64,000 bases of DNA from positions 1 to 64,000 of the forward strand of contig CAVZMI010000006.1 of the NCBI GenBank assembly GCA_963776275.1, in the 5' to 3' direction. The DNA is from Ignavibacteriota bacterium (GTDB lineage: Bacteria > Bacteroidota > Ignavibacteria > UBA10030 > CAVZMI01). Position 1 is the first letter of the stretch; every line of letters begins with the position of its first letter. Below the pieces are notes generated by a model that saw nothing but the letters and a program-made list of their open reading frames with translations, did not search any database and was not told the DNA's origin. The position numbers were made by a program, and so were the translations under genes. Below, in pieces: positions 1-10,530 of this stretch.

Positions 1-189
1 TTATTCATAATGGCATTTCCTACCGCTTTTATTTCTAACTTAATGAGAGTGGTGGCGTTATGTCTTGTGGCATCAATTTTTGGCATTCAGAAAGTTACAG
101 GCTTTATGCATGATTTTACCACATACATGGTATTCCTAACTGAACTTGCCGGCATGTGGTTATTGTGGAGCATACTTTCAAATGAATAA
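1..189 (+). CDS. 3' end of exosortase/archaeosortase-family membrane protein (partial)
   Basis: Frame 1 reads LFIMAFPTAFISNLMRVVALCLVASIFG...GFMHDFTTYMVF...NE*. The N-x-x-R and downstream His lie in TM helices, matching the Arg/His of the exosortase triad. Not in the ORF track. Confidence 0.7.
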   Translation, partial: LFIMAFPTAFISNLMRVVALCLVASIFGIQKVTGFMHDFTTYMVFLTELAGMWLLWSILSNE

Positions 190-202
190 TTTTTTAAAAA
201 GT

Positions 203-230
203 GTCGCGCCCCGCGTGGGCGCGTGGATTG
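203..230 (+). repeat. Isolated type I-C CRISPR repeat-like sequence lacking the terminal AAAC; no array
   Basis: GTCGCGCCCCGCGTGGGCGCGTGGATTG matches the I-C repeat pattern GTCGC-CCC-N-GGG-GCGTGGATTG(AAAC). Confidence 0.6.
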
Positions 231-705
231 CCCCGACAGCCATCCAAATGAAAAAAGACTATTTCAAAACTGACTGTCGGGACCGCACAAAGAACGTGCG
301 GAAACATTCTGTAAGATAATTCTTTACTCTAATTTAGAAAAAGAATCTCCTTGCTTAACAATCTCTGCAAGTATTCTCATTCATCACTCACAATTCACAA
401 TTCTTCATTGACAAGCGTGGATTGCCCCGACAGCCATTCAAATGAAAAAAGAACACGTCAACACTGGCTGTCGGGACCGCCCATCCCACTGAAAAATGTG
501 GGACGTGAATCTCACTGGAGATCGTGAGACGGAAAAAACCGAAACACGAAATCGGGCGGAAACCTGCTGAAAACTTTACAATACAAAATCGGCGATTATA
601 CTGGCTTCGCAAAATGATTCATCATCCAAAATTCACAATTCTCCATTTACAGACCCCACGCGGACGCCTAGACTGCCCCGACAGCCATGCAGGTGAAAAA
701 ATATT
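203..705 (+). repeat. Three degenerate tandem composite units (repeat remnant + CCCCGACAGCCA hairpin)
   Basis: GCGTGGATTGCCCCGACAGCCAT at 221 and 415, GCCTAGACTGCCCCGACAGCCAT at 666. ATTCATCA..CACAATTCT.CATT at ~379 and ~617. Confidence 0.8.
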
Positions 706-772
706 CGTAAACCTAAATGTCGTAACTGTCCACAAGACAGGGGGAAAAACATTTTGAATAACTCAATATTCA

Positions 773-868
773 AACCCACGGATTCATCTCAACGAGTCCG
801 TCGTTCTTTGACGACCGTGGGTCAAACAATCTTTCTTTTTTAAGAACCCATAGCTAAAGCTATGGGTT
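773..868. repeat. REP-like palindromes
   Basis: ACCCACGG...CCGTGGGT (774-822) and AACCCATAGCTAAAGCTATGGGTT (845-868). Confidence 0.65.
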
Positions 869-959
869 CTCCTGCTGATGATATCGCCTTCAACTTTACC
901 AAAACTACTATCTTTTCATCAATTATTTTCTTATCTTTTTTTATTTAGCAGGAAAATCC

Positions 960-2225
960 ATGCTCGATCTGAAATTCATCCGCGAACATCCTGACATAGT
1001 CAAAGCCGGAATTAAGGCGAAGGGCGAAGCCGACTATATCGACGATATCCTTTCAATCGACGAAAAGCGACGATCGGTCATAGGCACGGTCGAATCGATG
1101 AAATCGAAGAAAAATACCGTGTCCGAAGAAATCGGCAAATTGAAACGGGCGGGTAAGGATACTTCGAACCACATAGTTGAGATGGAACTGTTGAAAAATC
1201 AGATCAGACAGCTGGACGACGATCTTAAGATCCTGGAGTCACAGCTTCACACTCTTCTTCTCCAGGTCCCGAACGTACCACATCCATCGGTCCCCATCGG
1301 TACTACTCCAGCCGACAATCAGGTTGTTACAACCTGGGGTGAGCCTCCGGTTGTGGACTTCGAGATGAAACCGCACTGGGAAATCGTGGAACGTCTCGGT
1401 ATCATCGATTTCACACGCGGAGCGAAGGTTGCAGGAGCGGGATTCCCGTTTTATGTCGGGAAAGGCGCACAGCTCGAGCGCGCTCTCATTAATTTCTTCC
1501 TTGATCAGGCAGCCGGGCGGGGTTATCGCGAAATCTGGGCGCCTGCCCTGGTTAACGAAAGAAGCGCTCTCGGGACAGGACAGCTTCCGGACAAAGAAGA
1601 CTTGATGTACAGCATCGAACGCGATCAGCTGTATCTCATCCCGACCGCTGAAGTACCGGTGACAAATTTCTACAGAGACGAGACACTGACCGAAAAGCAG
1701 TTACCAATCCGTTACTGTGCATATACACCCTGTTTCCGCCGTGAAGCCGGATCGTATGGAAAGGATGTCCGGGGTCTTAATCGATTGCATCAGTTCGATA
1801 AAGTCGAGCTCGTAAAGTTTGTGGTCCCGCAAAAATCATACGATGAACTCGAGAGCCTCCGGCAGGATGCAGAACAACTGCTGCAGCTTCTGGGGCTCCC
1901 TTACCATACGCTCCTCATGTGTACGGCCGATATAGGATTTACCCAGACTAAGAAATACGATCTTGAAGTATGGGCACCCGGTCAGAAAAAATGGCTTGAA
2001 GTCTCATCCTGCAGCAATTATGAGGCCTTCCAGGCCCGCCGAATAAATGTCCGTTTTAAGCCCGAGAACGGATCGAAACTGGAATTTGTTCATACATTGA
2101 ACGGTTCTGGACTTGCACTGCCGCGTGTCATGGCGTCGTTACTCGAGCATTACCAGACTCCTGAGGGAAAGGTTATCGTGCCGAAAGTTCTGCACCGTTA
2201 TACCGGGTTTGAAATAATTGGATAG
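960..2225 (+). CDS. serS: Serine--tRNA ligase
   Basis: MLDLKFIRE N-terminus, coiled-coil arm, LIPTAEVP, FRREAGSYG, GLNRLHQFDKVE, EVSSCSN, HTLNGSGLA. Confidence 0.98.
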   Translation: MLDLKFIREHPDIVKAGIKAKGEADYIDDILSIDEKRRSVIGTVESMKSKKNTVSEEIGKLKRAGKDTSNHIVEMELLKNQIRQLDDDLKILESQLHTLLLQVPNVPHPSVPIGTTPADNQVVTTWGEPPVVDFEMKPHWEIVERLGIIDFTRGAKVAGAGFPFYVGKGAQLERALINFFLDQAAGRGYREIWAPALVNERSALGTGQLPDKEDLMYSIERDQLYLIPTAEVPVTNFYRDETLTEKQLPIRYCAYTPCFRREAGSYGKDVRGLNRLHQFDKVELVKFVVPQKSYDELESLRQDAEQLLQLLGLPYHTLLMCTADIGFTQTKKYDLEVWAPGQKKWLEVSSCSNYEAFQARRINVRFKPENGSKLEFVHTLNGSGLALPRVMASLLEHYQTPEGKVIVPKVLHRYTGFEIIG

Positions 2226-2245
2226 AAGGATTTTTTTCGGTTCAC

Positions 2246-4009
2246 ATGAAATCGTTACTGCGTCTCAAGCCGTATCTCCTCAAATACAAACGAACTCTCC
2301 TCGCCGGGTTCATCGCCGTTCTTATCAGCAATGTGTTCTCGGTATTCCAGCCGATTCTTCAAGGACATGCGATCGATGCGTTGAAACACGGTATTGAAAC
2401 GCACTCCGTCGACATGGTTCGTGCTTCTCGGCTACGCCGGGTTGATTCTCGGCTTTGCTCTCTGTGCAGGGTTTTTCATGTATCTGACACGGCAGACAAT
2501 CATTGTCACTTCTTGGAAAATTCAATACGACCTACGCAACGATTTTCTCCGGCACATCCAACGCCTTGATCTCCATTATTTCCAGAATACACCGACCGGT
2601 GACCTGATGGCACATGCGACGAACGACATCGGTGCAGTCAGAAACGTCGTCAGACGGGCATCATGTATCCTCTCGATACATTAATGACATTCGCCATGGT
2701 CCTTGTCGTTATTCTATCTCTCGATTGGAAACTCACTCTTATTGCGCTAACCCCGCTCCCCCTTGTATCATATGCAGTGTACAAGTTGGGGAAATCGGTT
2801 CATCAGAGGTTCGAAGAAAGGCAGGTGCAATATTCGGCCCTCACAACGCGCGCACAGGAAAATCTATCCGGTATCCGCGTCGTGAAAGCGTACGTGCGCG
2901 AGGCGTACGAGACAGATCTTTTTCACTCCATGAGCTGGTCGTATCTGAAGAAAAATATGGAACTTGCGAAAGTACAATCGCTGATGTGGCCATTGATGTT
3001 TCTTCTCATCGGCTTTTCTCTACTCCTCACGCTGTACTTCGGGGGCATGAAAGTAATTAAAGGTGAATTCAGCATCGGGACGCTCTGGGCATTCCTCGGA
3101 TATCTTACACAACTGATCTGGCCCATGATCGCTTTCGGATGGGTGACGAACATGCTGCAGCAAGGTGCCGCGTCGATGACCCGGTTAATAAAAATTTTTG
3201 ATACAGAACCTGCAATCAAGGATACACCGGAAACCGACACGACAATACGTACAATCGAGGGATCCATCGAGTTTCGTAATGTAAGCTTCCGGCATTCCAC
3301 CGGTTCCGAACCGACACTGAAAAATATCAACCTTACGATTCCAAAAGGAATGTCGCTGGCAATTATCGGAACCACAGGTTCCGGAAAAACGACGCTGGTG
3401 AATATGATATCACGGCTGTACGACGTTACCGCAGGTGAAGTTCTTATCGACGGAAAAAACATCAAAACAATTCCTCTCGACGTGCTTCGCTCACACATAG
3501 GTTATGTCCAGCAGGAAACATTCCTGTTTTCCGAGAGCATTGCAGACAACATCGGCTACGGCGTTGAGCTGGCAGGTTCGGCGGCAATCGAGGCGGTATC
3601 CGAAACCGCACAACTAAAGAAGGATATAAGCACATTCCCCCATACTTACGAGACGATGATAGGCGAACGGGGCATTACGTTATCGGGCGGACAAAAACAG
3701 CGAGTAAGCATTGCCCGTGCACTGATACGTGATCCTGCCATTCTCATCCTTGATGACGCATTATCGTCGGTCGATACCTACACCGAAGAGGAAATTCTTC
3801 ACAGACTGAAAAAAGTGATGGAGAATCGGACCAGTATTTTTATCAGTCATCGCATTTCGACGGTAAAAAATGCCGATTTCATCATCGTGATGGATGACGG
3901 GGAGATCGTTGAGCGCGGCACGCACGACGGTCTGGTTGAACTTGGCGGAATTTATGCCGACCTGCATTATAAGCAATTGCTTGAAGAAGAACTCGATCAT
4001 TTAGACTGA
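2246..4009 (+). CDS. ABC exporter ATP-binding/permease subunit A (MdlA-like); two apparent frameshifts (~2420, ~2655)
   Basis: ORFs 2246-2569, 2394-2684 and 2663-4009 join into one TMD+NBD protein. GTTGSGKT, LSGGQKQR, ILDDALS. Confidence 0.9.
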
Positions 4010-4011
4010 AA

Positions 4012-5814
4012 ATGGCAACCATCGGAATTCATGAGGAAGAAATCCTCGGAAAAGCATACGATAGTCGACTCATGAAGCGGCTTTTAGAGTATCTGAAGCC
4101 GTATCGGTGGCATGTAGGATTGGGGATTCTTCTAAGCATTATCATCGCCGCATTCGAGGGTGTCCGGCCGTACTTCACAAAACTGGCTGTCGATACGAAT
4201 ATAGCGCAGCATGATTTATCGGGACTCCTGATTACCATCCTGTTGCTTTTTGCCGTAATTGTCATCCGCGGTGTGATTCAGTACTGCAACGCCTATCTCA
4301 CTCAATGGATCGGACAGCGTACAATCTTCGATATCCGAATGCAGGTATTCCGGCACGTTCAGGGACTTTCACTGAAGTTCTTCGACCGGAATCCCATTGG
4401 CAGACTGGTCACACGCCTGACCAACGATGTAGAGGTATTAAATGAAATGTTCTCATCGGGAATCGTGATGGTATTCAGCGACGTATTCACGATCTTCTGG
4501 ATTCTCTATTTCATGTTTTCGATGAGCTGGCAGCTTTCGCTTGCAACACTCGCCGTATTGCCATTGTTATTCTGGGCGACGGCTCTCTTCAGGCGAAAAG
4601 TGCGGGAGGTGTATCGTCTCCAGCGTATCCTTGTGGCACGGCTTAATACATTCCTTCAGGAACACATAAGCGGTATGATGGTCGTCCAGATATTTAATCG
4701 CGAACGGCGGTCGTATTCGAAATTCGATTCAATCAACGCGGAGCACAAAGATGCAAACATCAAGTCGGTACTCTATTATGCAATGTTTTATCCGGGGATC
4801 GATTTGATTCAGGCGATCGCTTTCGGCCTTATAATCTGGTATGCCGGCGGTCATGCGCTTCAGGGTATAATATCGCTGGGCATCGTTATGGCATTTTTCC
4901 AGTACACTGAAATGTTTTTCCGCCCCATACGCGATCTCTCGGAAAAGTACAACATTTTACAGAATGCCATGGCATCATCCGAACGGTTATTCAAGCTTCT
5001 GGATGATAAATCAAGAATCCCGGAATCATCATCCACCGTCCCTTTGCTGAACGTGAAGGGTAAGGTCGAATTCCGGAATGTCTGGTTCGCTTATAACGAT
5101 GAAGAGTGGGTGTTGAAAAATATTTCATTCACCATCGAACCGGGGCAGACGGTCGCCCTCGTCGGCCACACCGGGGCAGGAAAAACATCGATCATTAATC
5201 TTCTGGGACGCTCATACGACATCAACAAGGGAGAAATCCTTATTGACGACATCGATATTCGCAAATTAAGCATCAGCGAACTGCGGCGAAAGATTTCGGT
5301 GGTGCTTCAGGACGTATTCCTGTTTTCCGGCGATATTTCAACCAACATCTCTCTGGGGAATCCTGCAATTACACACGAGAAAATATGCGAAGCAGCGGCG
5401 CTTGTCGGTGCAGACAGGTTTATTGACAGATTACCGGGCGAATATCGGGCGGAAGTGAAGGAACGTGGTGCAACGCTATCGGTCGGGCAAAAGCAATTAC
5501 TTTCATTTGCCCGTGCGTTGGCGTTCGCTCCGGCAATTCTTATTCTTGATGAAGCGACATCGAGCATCGATACAGACACCGAAACTCTTATTCAAAACGC
5601 CACACAACAATTATTACAGGGAAGAACTTCAATTGTCATAGCGCACCGGCTCTCGACAATCCAGAACGCCGACAATATCATCGTCCTTCATAAAGGGGAA
5701 ATTCGTGAGATGGGAGCCCACCAGGAACTTCTCGCACACGGCGGAATCTACTACAAATTGTACCAGCTTCAGTATAAAGACCAGGAAATTCGGCAGAGAA
5801 CGCGAAAGCAATGA
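4012..5814 (+). CDS. ABC exporter ATP-binding/permease subunit B (MdlB-like)
   Basis: TM domain, GHTGAGKT, degenerate LSVGQKQL, ILDEATS; directly follows the paralog. Confidence 0.93.
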   Translation: MATIGIHEEEILGKAYDSRLMKRLLEYLKPYRWHVGLGILLSIIIAAFEGVRPYFTKLAVDTNIAQHDLSGLLITILLLFAVIVIRGVIQYCNAYLTQWIGQRTIFDIRMQVFRHVQGLSLKFFDRNPIGRLVTRLTNDVEVLNEMFSSGIVMVFSDVFTIFWILYFMFSMSWQLSLATLAVLPLLFWATALFRRKVREVYRLQRILVARLNTFLQEHISGMMVVQIFNRERRSYSKFDSINAEHKDANIKSVLYYAMFYPGIDLIQAIAFGLIIWYAGGHALQGIISLGIVMAFFQYTEMFFRPIRDLSEKYNILQNAMASSERLFKLLDDKSRIPESSSTVPLLNVKGKVEFRNVWFAYNDEEWVLKNISFTIEPGQTVALVGHTGAGKTSIINLLGRSYDINKGEILIDDIDIRKLSISELRRKISVVLQDVFLFSGDISTNISLGNPAITHEKICEAAALVGADRFIDRLPGEYRAEVKERGATLSVGQKQLLSFARALAFAPAILILDEATSSIDTDTETLIQNATQQLLQGRTSIVIAHRLSTIQNADNIIVLHKGEIREMGAHQELLAHGGIYYKLYQLQYKDQEIRQRTRKQ

Positions 5815-5871
5815 TCCGACCTTTTTATCACGACTGTTGCAGCTGTCTACTGCCAATATCCATAAAAAACA

Positions 5872-5911
5872 AAAAGGCCATTGCTCCACGCGTCTGGTGG
5901 AGATGGCCTTT
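5872..5911. terminator. Hairpin between convergent genes, likely terminator for the minus-strand gene
   Basis: AAAGGCCAT..CTCCAC-loop-GTGGAGATGGCCTTT with an A-run on the left. Confidence 0.6.
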
Positions 5912-5944
5912 GAGTTTTCAACCTTTGTTTCTCGATTGACCGAA

Positions 5945-6649
5945 TTACCTTATCTTTGCCAGTTCTTCCTTCGCTCTGGCAACATATTCGCTTGTGGGGA
6001 ATTTATCGATCAACGTCTGATATGCTTCTTTTGCTTTTGCTGTATCTTTCTTTCTCAGATAAACGTGTGCAAGCATATATTGTGCATCATCACGTTTGTC
6101 TGAGCCTTTTGTTGCAATCACTTCTTCGAACGTCCTGATAGCTTCATCATACCGTTTCAGACCATTCAGGCATTCACCGGTCCAATATTCTGCTGCCGAT
6201 TTTACTTTTCCTGAAGCAGCTTCTTTTACACTCATGAATGCATTCAGCGCCTCTTCATATTTTCGAGCCTTATACTTTGCCATGGCATCGCTGTATGCGG
6301 CGGACACATCGCTTACCGGTGCCGTTACTGGGGCTGCTGGTGTTAGTGTGGATTTTGATTTATCCGTATCTTCTTGAAGCTTTCGCTCAAGCTCGACAAC
6401 CCGTGCATTCAAGCTCCGGTTATTCTGTTCCGCATCGGAAAGTTGCGCGTGCAAACTATTGATAACAGAGCGAAGTGAATCCACCTCCCTCAGGTGACGC
6501 TGTGAGTCTTGCTGTTGTGCGAGTTCTTCTTCACCCGTTTCTTCGGAGCCCGCACAGCCGCCTATCACAAGCATCCCGCCCAAGAGGATGATCGTCCCTA
6601 CAAATATTCCCATCGTGCGAACCCATAGCTGAAGTCGGCTGTCTTTCAT
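5945..6649 (-). CDS. CpoB/YbgF-like TPR lipoprotein
   Basis: Lipobox-like VIGGC, coiled coil, three TPRs ending YQTLIDKFPTSEY. Confidence 0.75.
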   Translation of the reverse strand: MKDSRLQLWVRTMGIFVGTIILLGGMLVIGGCAGSEETGEEELAQQQDSQRHLREVDSLRSVINSLHAQLSDAEQNNRSLNARVVELERKLQEDTDKSKSTLTPAAPVTAPVSDVSAAYSDAMAKYKARKYEEALNAFMSVKEAASGKVKSAAEYWTGECLNGLKRYDEAIRTFEEVIATKGSDKRDDAQYMLAHVYLRKKDTAKAKEAYQTLIDKFPTSEYVARAKEELAKIR

Positions 6650-6782
6650 TGGGTTAATCCTTTCCTCTAAAGTGACAGATTGAACACTCAGTGTTAATGT
6701 AGCAATGCAACAAGAAAAAGTCAAGTAAGAACTAATGTTTTTCTCTTGTTATTCAATACAGGAGTTGATATATTTCATTGTA

Positions 6783-8536
6783 ATGTTAACAAGTAATCAT
6801 AAAAATAACGGATGCTTTGTGGGAGAGTACGTTTTGCTGTTCCTTTGGGTACTCTTCCTTGGAGGTTGTGCAAACCTACGGCAGACACTCGATTCTTCGG
6901 GGAAACGATCGTCTGAAATATCAAAAGAGCAGCAAAATCAAGCTACAATTCGAGTTATCGACGGAGCATTATACGACGTAAAGGAAGATCGGGCACGGGC
7001 AATCCTGGAGTATGAAGAGGCTCTACAGTACGACAGTGCTGCCGGAATCCATCTGGCTATCTCGAAAGATTACTCCCTTCTTGGGAAGCACACCCCTGCT
7101 ATTCGTCACGCCAGAGAAGCACTCCGCCTCGATCCGGAAAATACCGATTATCGCCAGAACCTGGCTGATATCTATCTGGCAGCCCGGGACCTTGAATCGG
7201 CACTAAAGGAATATGAAGCGATCGTTCAGCGCGATCCAACTTCAATAAGAGTACTATACACCATCGGCCGTATCCATCAACAGCGGCAGCAATACCCGAA
7301 GGCTCTTGAGATCTATAAGACTATTCGAGATCGATTCGGGCCAAGCTGGCAGACTCTTTTTCAGATGGCAACGGTTTACGAATGGCTGAAGCAACTTGAC
7401 AGCGCGGCAACGATGTATCAAGAAATGTTGATGCTCGATCCCAATAACTCTGAATTAAAAAAACGTCTGGCCGGAACATATTTAAGAGCAAATAAACCGG
7501 ACACGGCACTTGTGTTTCTCAATGAGCTGCACCGGCAGGATTCGGCCGATGTCGAAATCAATATCACGCGGGGAAGCGTATATATCCAGAAGAAAGAATG
7601 GGAAACCGCATTCTCAATTTTTCTACCGATTGTCATGCGCGATTCAATCACGGTCGAAGCGGCGTTAGGTCTCGGTGTGGAATTCTTACGGGCCAGCCCG
7701 ATACATCGGGTGCTCTTCATTATGCTAGAATTCTTGGCGAGCATATCCGCGATCGCTTTCCCCGACAATGGCAATCGTATGTTTTTCTCGGAGATGTCGA
7801 AGTGACATCACGGCATGATTCGCTTGCTGCTGAGTACTACGAGAAAGCGATCAGCCTCAATAACAGGATTGTGGATCCTTATATCCAACTTGGACTTCTT
7901 TACTTTCAACAGAATAAACTCGATCTGGCAATCAGTGTGCTTGAGCGGGGACGCATTCTTTTCCCAGATGAATTTCGGATACTTTTTTATCTCGGTCTAG
8001 GCTACACTCAGAGCGGGAAGAATGAGCAAGCACTTCCTCTTCTTGAACGTGCCGTACGGATGGATTCAAAAAATGTCGATGCACTCGGAGCTCTCGCTCA
8101 GAATCTCGATGCATTGAAGCGTTTTACTGAATCAGACAGCATCTATGACTGTGCACTTTCACTCGATCCGAAAAATCATCTTCTTCTCAATAACTATAGT
8201 TACAGCCTGGCTGAACGAGAAACGCGGCTCGATGATGCACTGAAAATGTCGACCGTGGCTGTCGAGAAGGATTCTACAAACAGCGCCTACATGGATACCC
8301 TTGGCTGGATTTTTTTTAAGATGAAACAATACGCCGATGCACTCCGCCTGATCCAGCGAGCTGTCGATCTGCGGCAACAGGCCGGCGGCAACGATGCGGT
8401 TATCCTTGAACACCTCGGAGATATTTTTCAGGCACGGGGTGAAAAAGAAAAGGCAGTGGAGACCTGGAAAAAAGCTCTCGAGACGAATCAGACAAATCAA
8501 GGGCTTCGGGATAAAATTCAACGCTATCAACAATGA
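6783..8536 (+). CDS. TPR-repeat lipoprotein; apparent frameshift ~7685
   Basis: FLGGC lipobox. TPRs continue from ORF 6735-7805 into 7598-8536. LNNYSYSLA..DTLGW..EHLGD C-terminal motif. Confidence 0.8.
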
Positions 8537-9316
8537 CATTCAGACGCCTTATATTTCTTGCTGTATGGTGCGGCTTTCTCTGGACCGGCTGTGCCCCGAC
8601 TGCCAGTCGCCGCACACTATCTGTGAAGGATATGGATATCCAGACACTACTCTTGAAAGTCGCGCAACATCAGCGTACATTCAGGTCGATCGAAGCCGAG
8701 GGTTCGGTTGCCGTTGAAACACCAACATTTTCGAATTCAGGAAGTATTGAACTCCACGTAAAAAAACCCGACTCGATGTACGTGAAAATTGAAGCTCCGA
8801 TTCGGTATCGATGTGGCCGATATATTATTGACACAAGAGACGTTTCTTATATACAATAGTTTACAAAATCAACTCATACACGGTACGACGTTGCGACACG
8901 CAATCGGCTCGCTACTTAATCTCGATATCGATTTTTCCGATATTCTCAACCTGTGCGGCGGTGTCGTTCCTATTGAACATGAACCTGCTGTTCCCTCGGA
9001 ATATTCCACTGATGATGATAATTACATACTCGTGTTCCGCAAGCCGAAGGAGACTTCACGCTACTGGATCGATCCGATTACATTTTCAATTACACAAATC
9101 CAGGTACAGAATCCCGAGGGGCAGCTCGTGCGTGAAGTGAAATTCTCGGATTTTCGCTCTCAGAATACGACCTGGCTCCCATTTCAAATGAAGGTAAATG
9201 ATTATCAAGGTGGCAAGAGCGTCACACTGATGTATACCACTGCACGCGTAAATATACAAAACGTGACTTTCCCGTTTACATTCCCTGAGAATGCTGAACA
9301 AATTGACTGGCAATAG
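8533..9316 (+). CDS. DUF4292/LolB-like lipoprotein; apparent frameshift ~8800
   Basis: WTGC lipobox; K-K-P-D-S..KIE(GP)FGIDVA split across two frames; TPR-DUF4292-EnvC gene order. Confidence 0.7.
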
Positions 9317-9317
9317 C

Positions 9318-10529
9318 ATGCGGCATTGCATCGTTCTCATAGTATTCTCGCTTCTTCTCCGGCCGGGTTCACCGGCTGAATCCGATGATAAAGAAAAGGA
9401 CATCAAGTCAAAGCAACTTGAATTGGAACAGCTGCAGAAAGAAATTACGCAGTTTGAAGACAAGATCAAAAGCACTGAACAGCGTGAGCAAAACACCCTT
9501 GAGATGCTCGATACTTACGATCGTCAGAGCACGCTCATTAAAAAATTACTCCGCACGCTGCACGCACAGGAACGAAAACTCCAATACGACATTTCAGAAG
9601 TTGAAAATCAGATTTCCCATCTTGAAAAACAGGTATCGTTCCTACAGGACCATTATGCGCGATATGTGATCGGTGCATATAAATACGGGCGACTTTCCGA
9701 TCTTGAACTTGTTCTTTCATCGCGTTCATTAAATCAATTTGCAGTCCGTATCGAGTACCTGCAGCGATTCTCCGAACAAAGGAAAAAAGATCTTCAACGA
9801 CTTAACACAAAAAAGGAACTCCTGGAGGACAAAATCGCGCTCCTTGCAGAAAAACTTGATGAAGAGCAGCATCTTATTACAGTCAAGAGCACCGAGGAAC
9901 AAAACCTGACGAGAAAATCCGAGGAGCGGAAGGCGCTCCTTGAGGTAATTCGGAAAGACAGAAAGAATTACCGTCGCGAAATCGAACGGAAATCACGGGC
10001 TGCAAAGGAACTCGAAAAATTCATTGCCGATCTGATCGAACAGGATCGAATTCGCCGCGAACATGAGGAAGCCACTCCTCGTGATAAGACTCTTACGACA
10101 CCTCCGATTGCACCAACCGCTTCGTTCGAGGCGCAGCGGGGAATGCTGCGATGGCCTGTAGCAGTTCATGCGAAAATTGCTTCGCGTTTCGGGAATCAGA
10201 TCCATCCTCAATTAAAAACGATTACGCAAAACACGGGCGTCGATATTTCGGTTCCGAATGGAACGGATGTTCTTTCGGTGGCAGAAGGGGAAATAGCTCT
10301 CATATCATGGCTTCCATCCTACGGCAATCTGGTTATCATTAACCACGGGAATGGATACCGGACAGTGTACACCCATCTGGCAGAAATTACGGTGACAACC
10401 GGAGATAAAGTTAGCGGAGGGCAGGCAATCGGTACAAGCGGTGACTCGCTGTCCGGTCCGATGCTCCATTTCGAACTCTGGCATGAACGAGAAAAACAAG
10501 ATCCCGAAAACTGGCTGGCACGGCGGTAA
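9318..10529 (+). CDS. envC: Murein hydrolase activator EnvC family (coiled coil + degenerate M23)
   Basis: Long coiled coil. NTGVD in place of HxxxD, YGNLVIINHGNGYRTVYTHL, LHFELW. Confidence 0.85.
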   Translation: MRHCIVLIVFSLLLRPGSPAESDDKEKDIKSKQLELEQLQKEITQFEDKIKSTEQREQNTLEMLDTYDRQSTLIKKLLRTLHAQERKLQYDISEVENQISHLEKQVSFLQDHYARYVIGAYKYGRLSDLELVLSSRSLNQFAVRIEYLQRFSEQRKKDLQRLNTKKELLEDKIALLAEKLDEEQHLITVKSTEEQNLTRKSEERKALLEVIRKDRKNYRREIERKSRAAKELEKFIADLIEQDRIRREHEEATPRDKTLTTPPIAPTASFEAQRGMLRWPVAVHAKIASRFGNQIHPQLKTITQNTGVDISVPNGTDVLSVAEGEIALISWLPSYGNLVIINHGNGYRTVYTHLAEITVTTGDKVSGGQAIGTSGDSLSGPMLHFELWHEREKQDPENWLARR

Positions 10530-10530
10530 T

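Noticed and set aside
203-720. Functional CRISPR array
   Set aside because: Only one near-complete repeat, ~200-250 nt periods, intervening sequences similar to each other, and no cas genes.
388-757. Short ORFs 388-612 and 524-757, and similar ORFs at 30367-30789 and 58303-58521
   Set aside because: They overlap repeat or palindrome DNA and have no recognisable motifs. Antisense and shadow ORFs inside real genes were also discarded.
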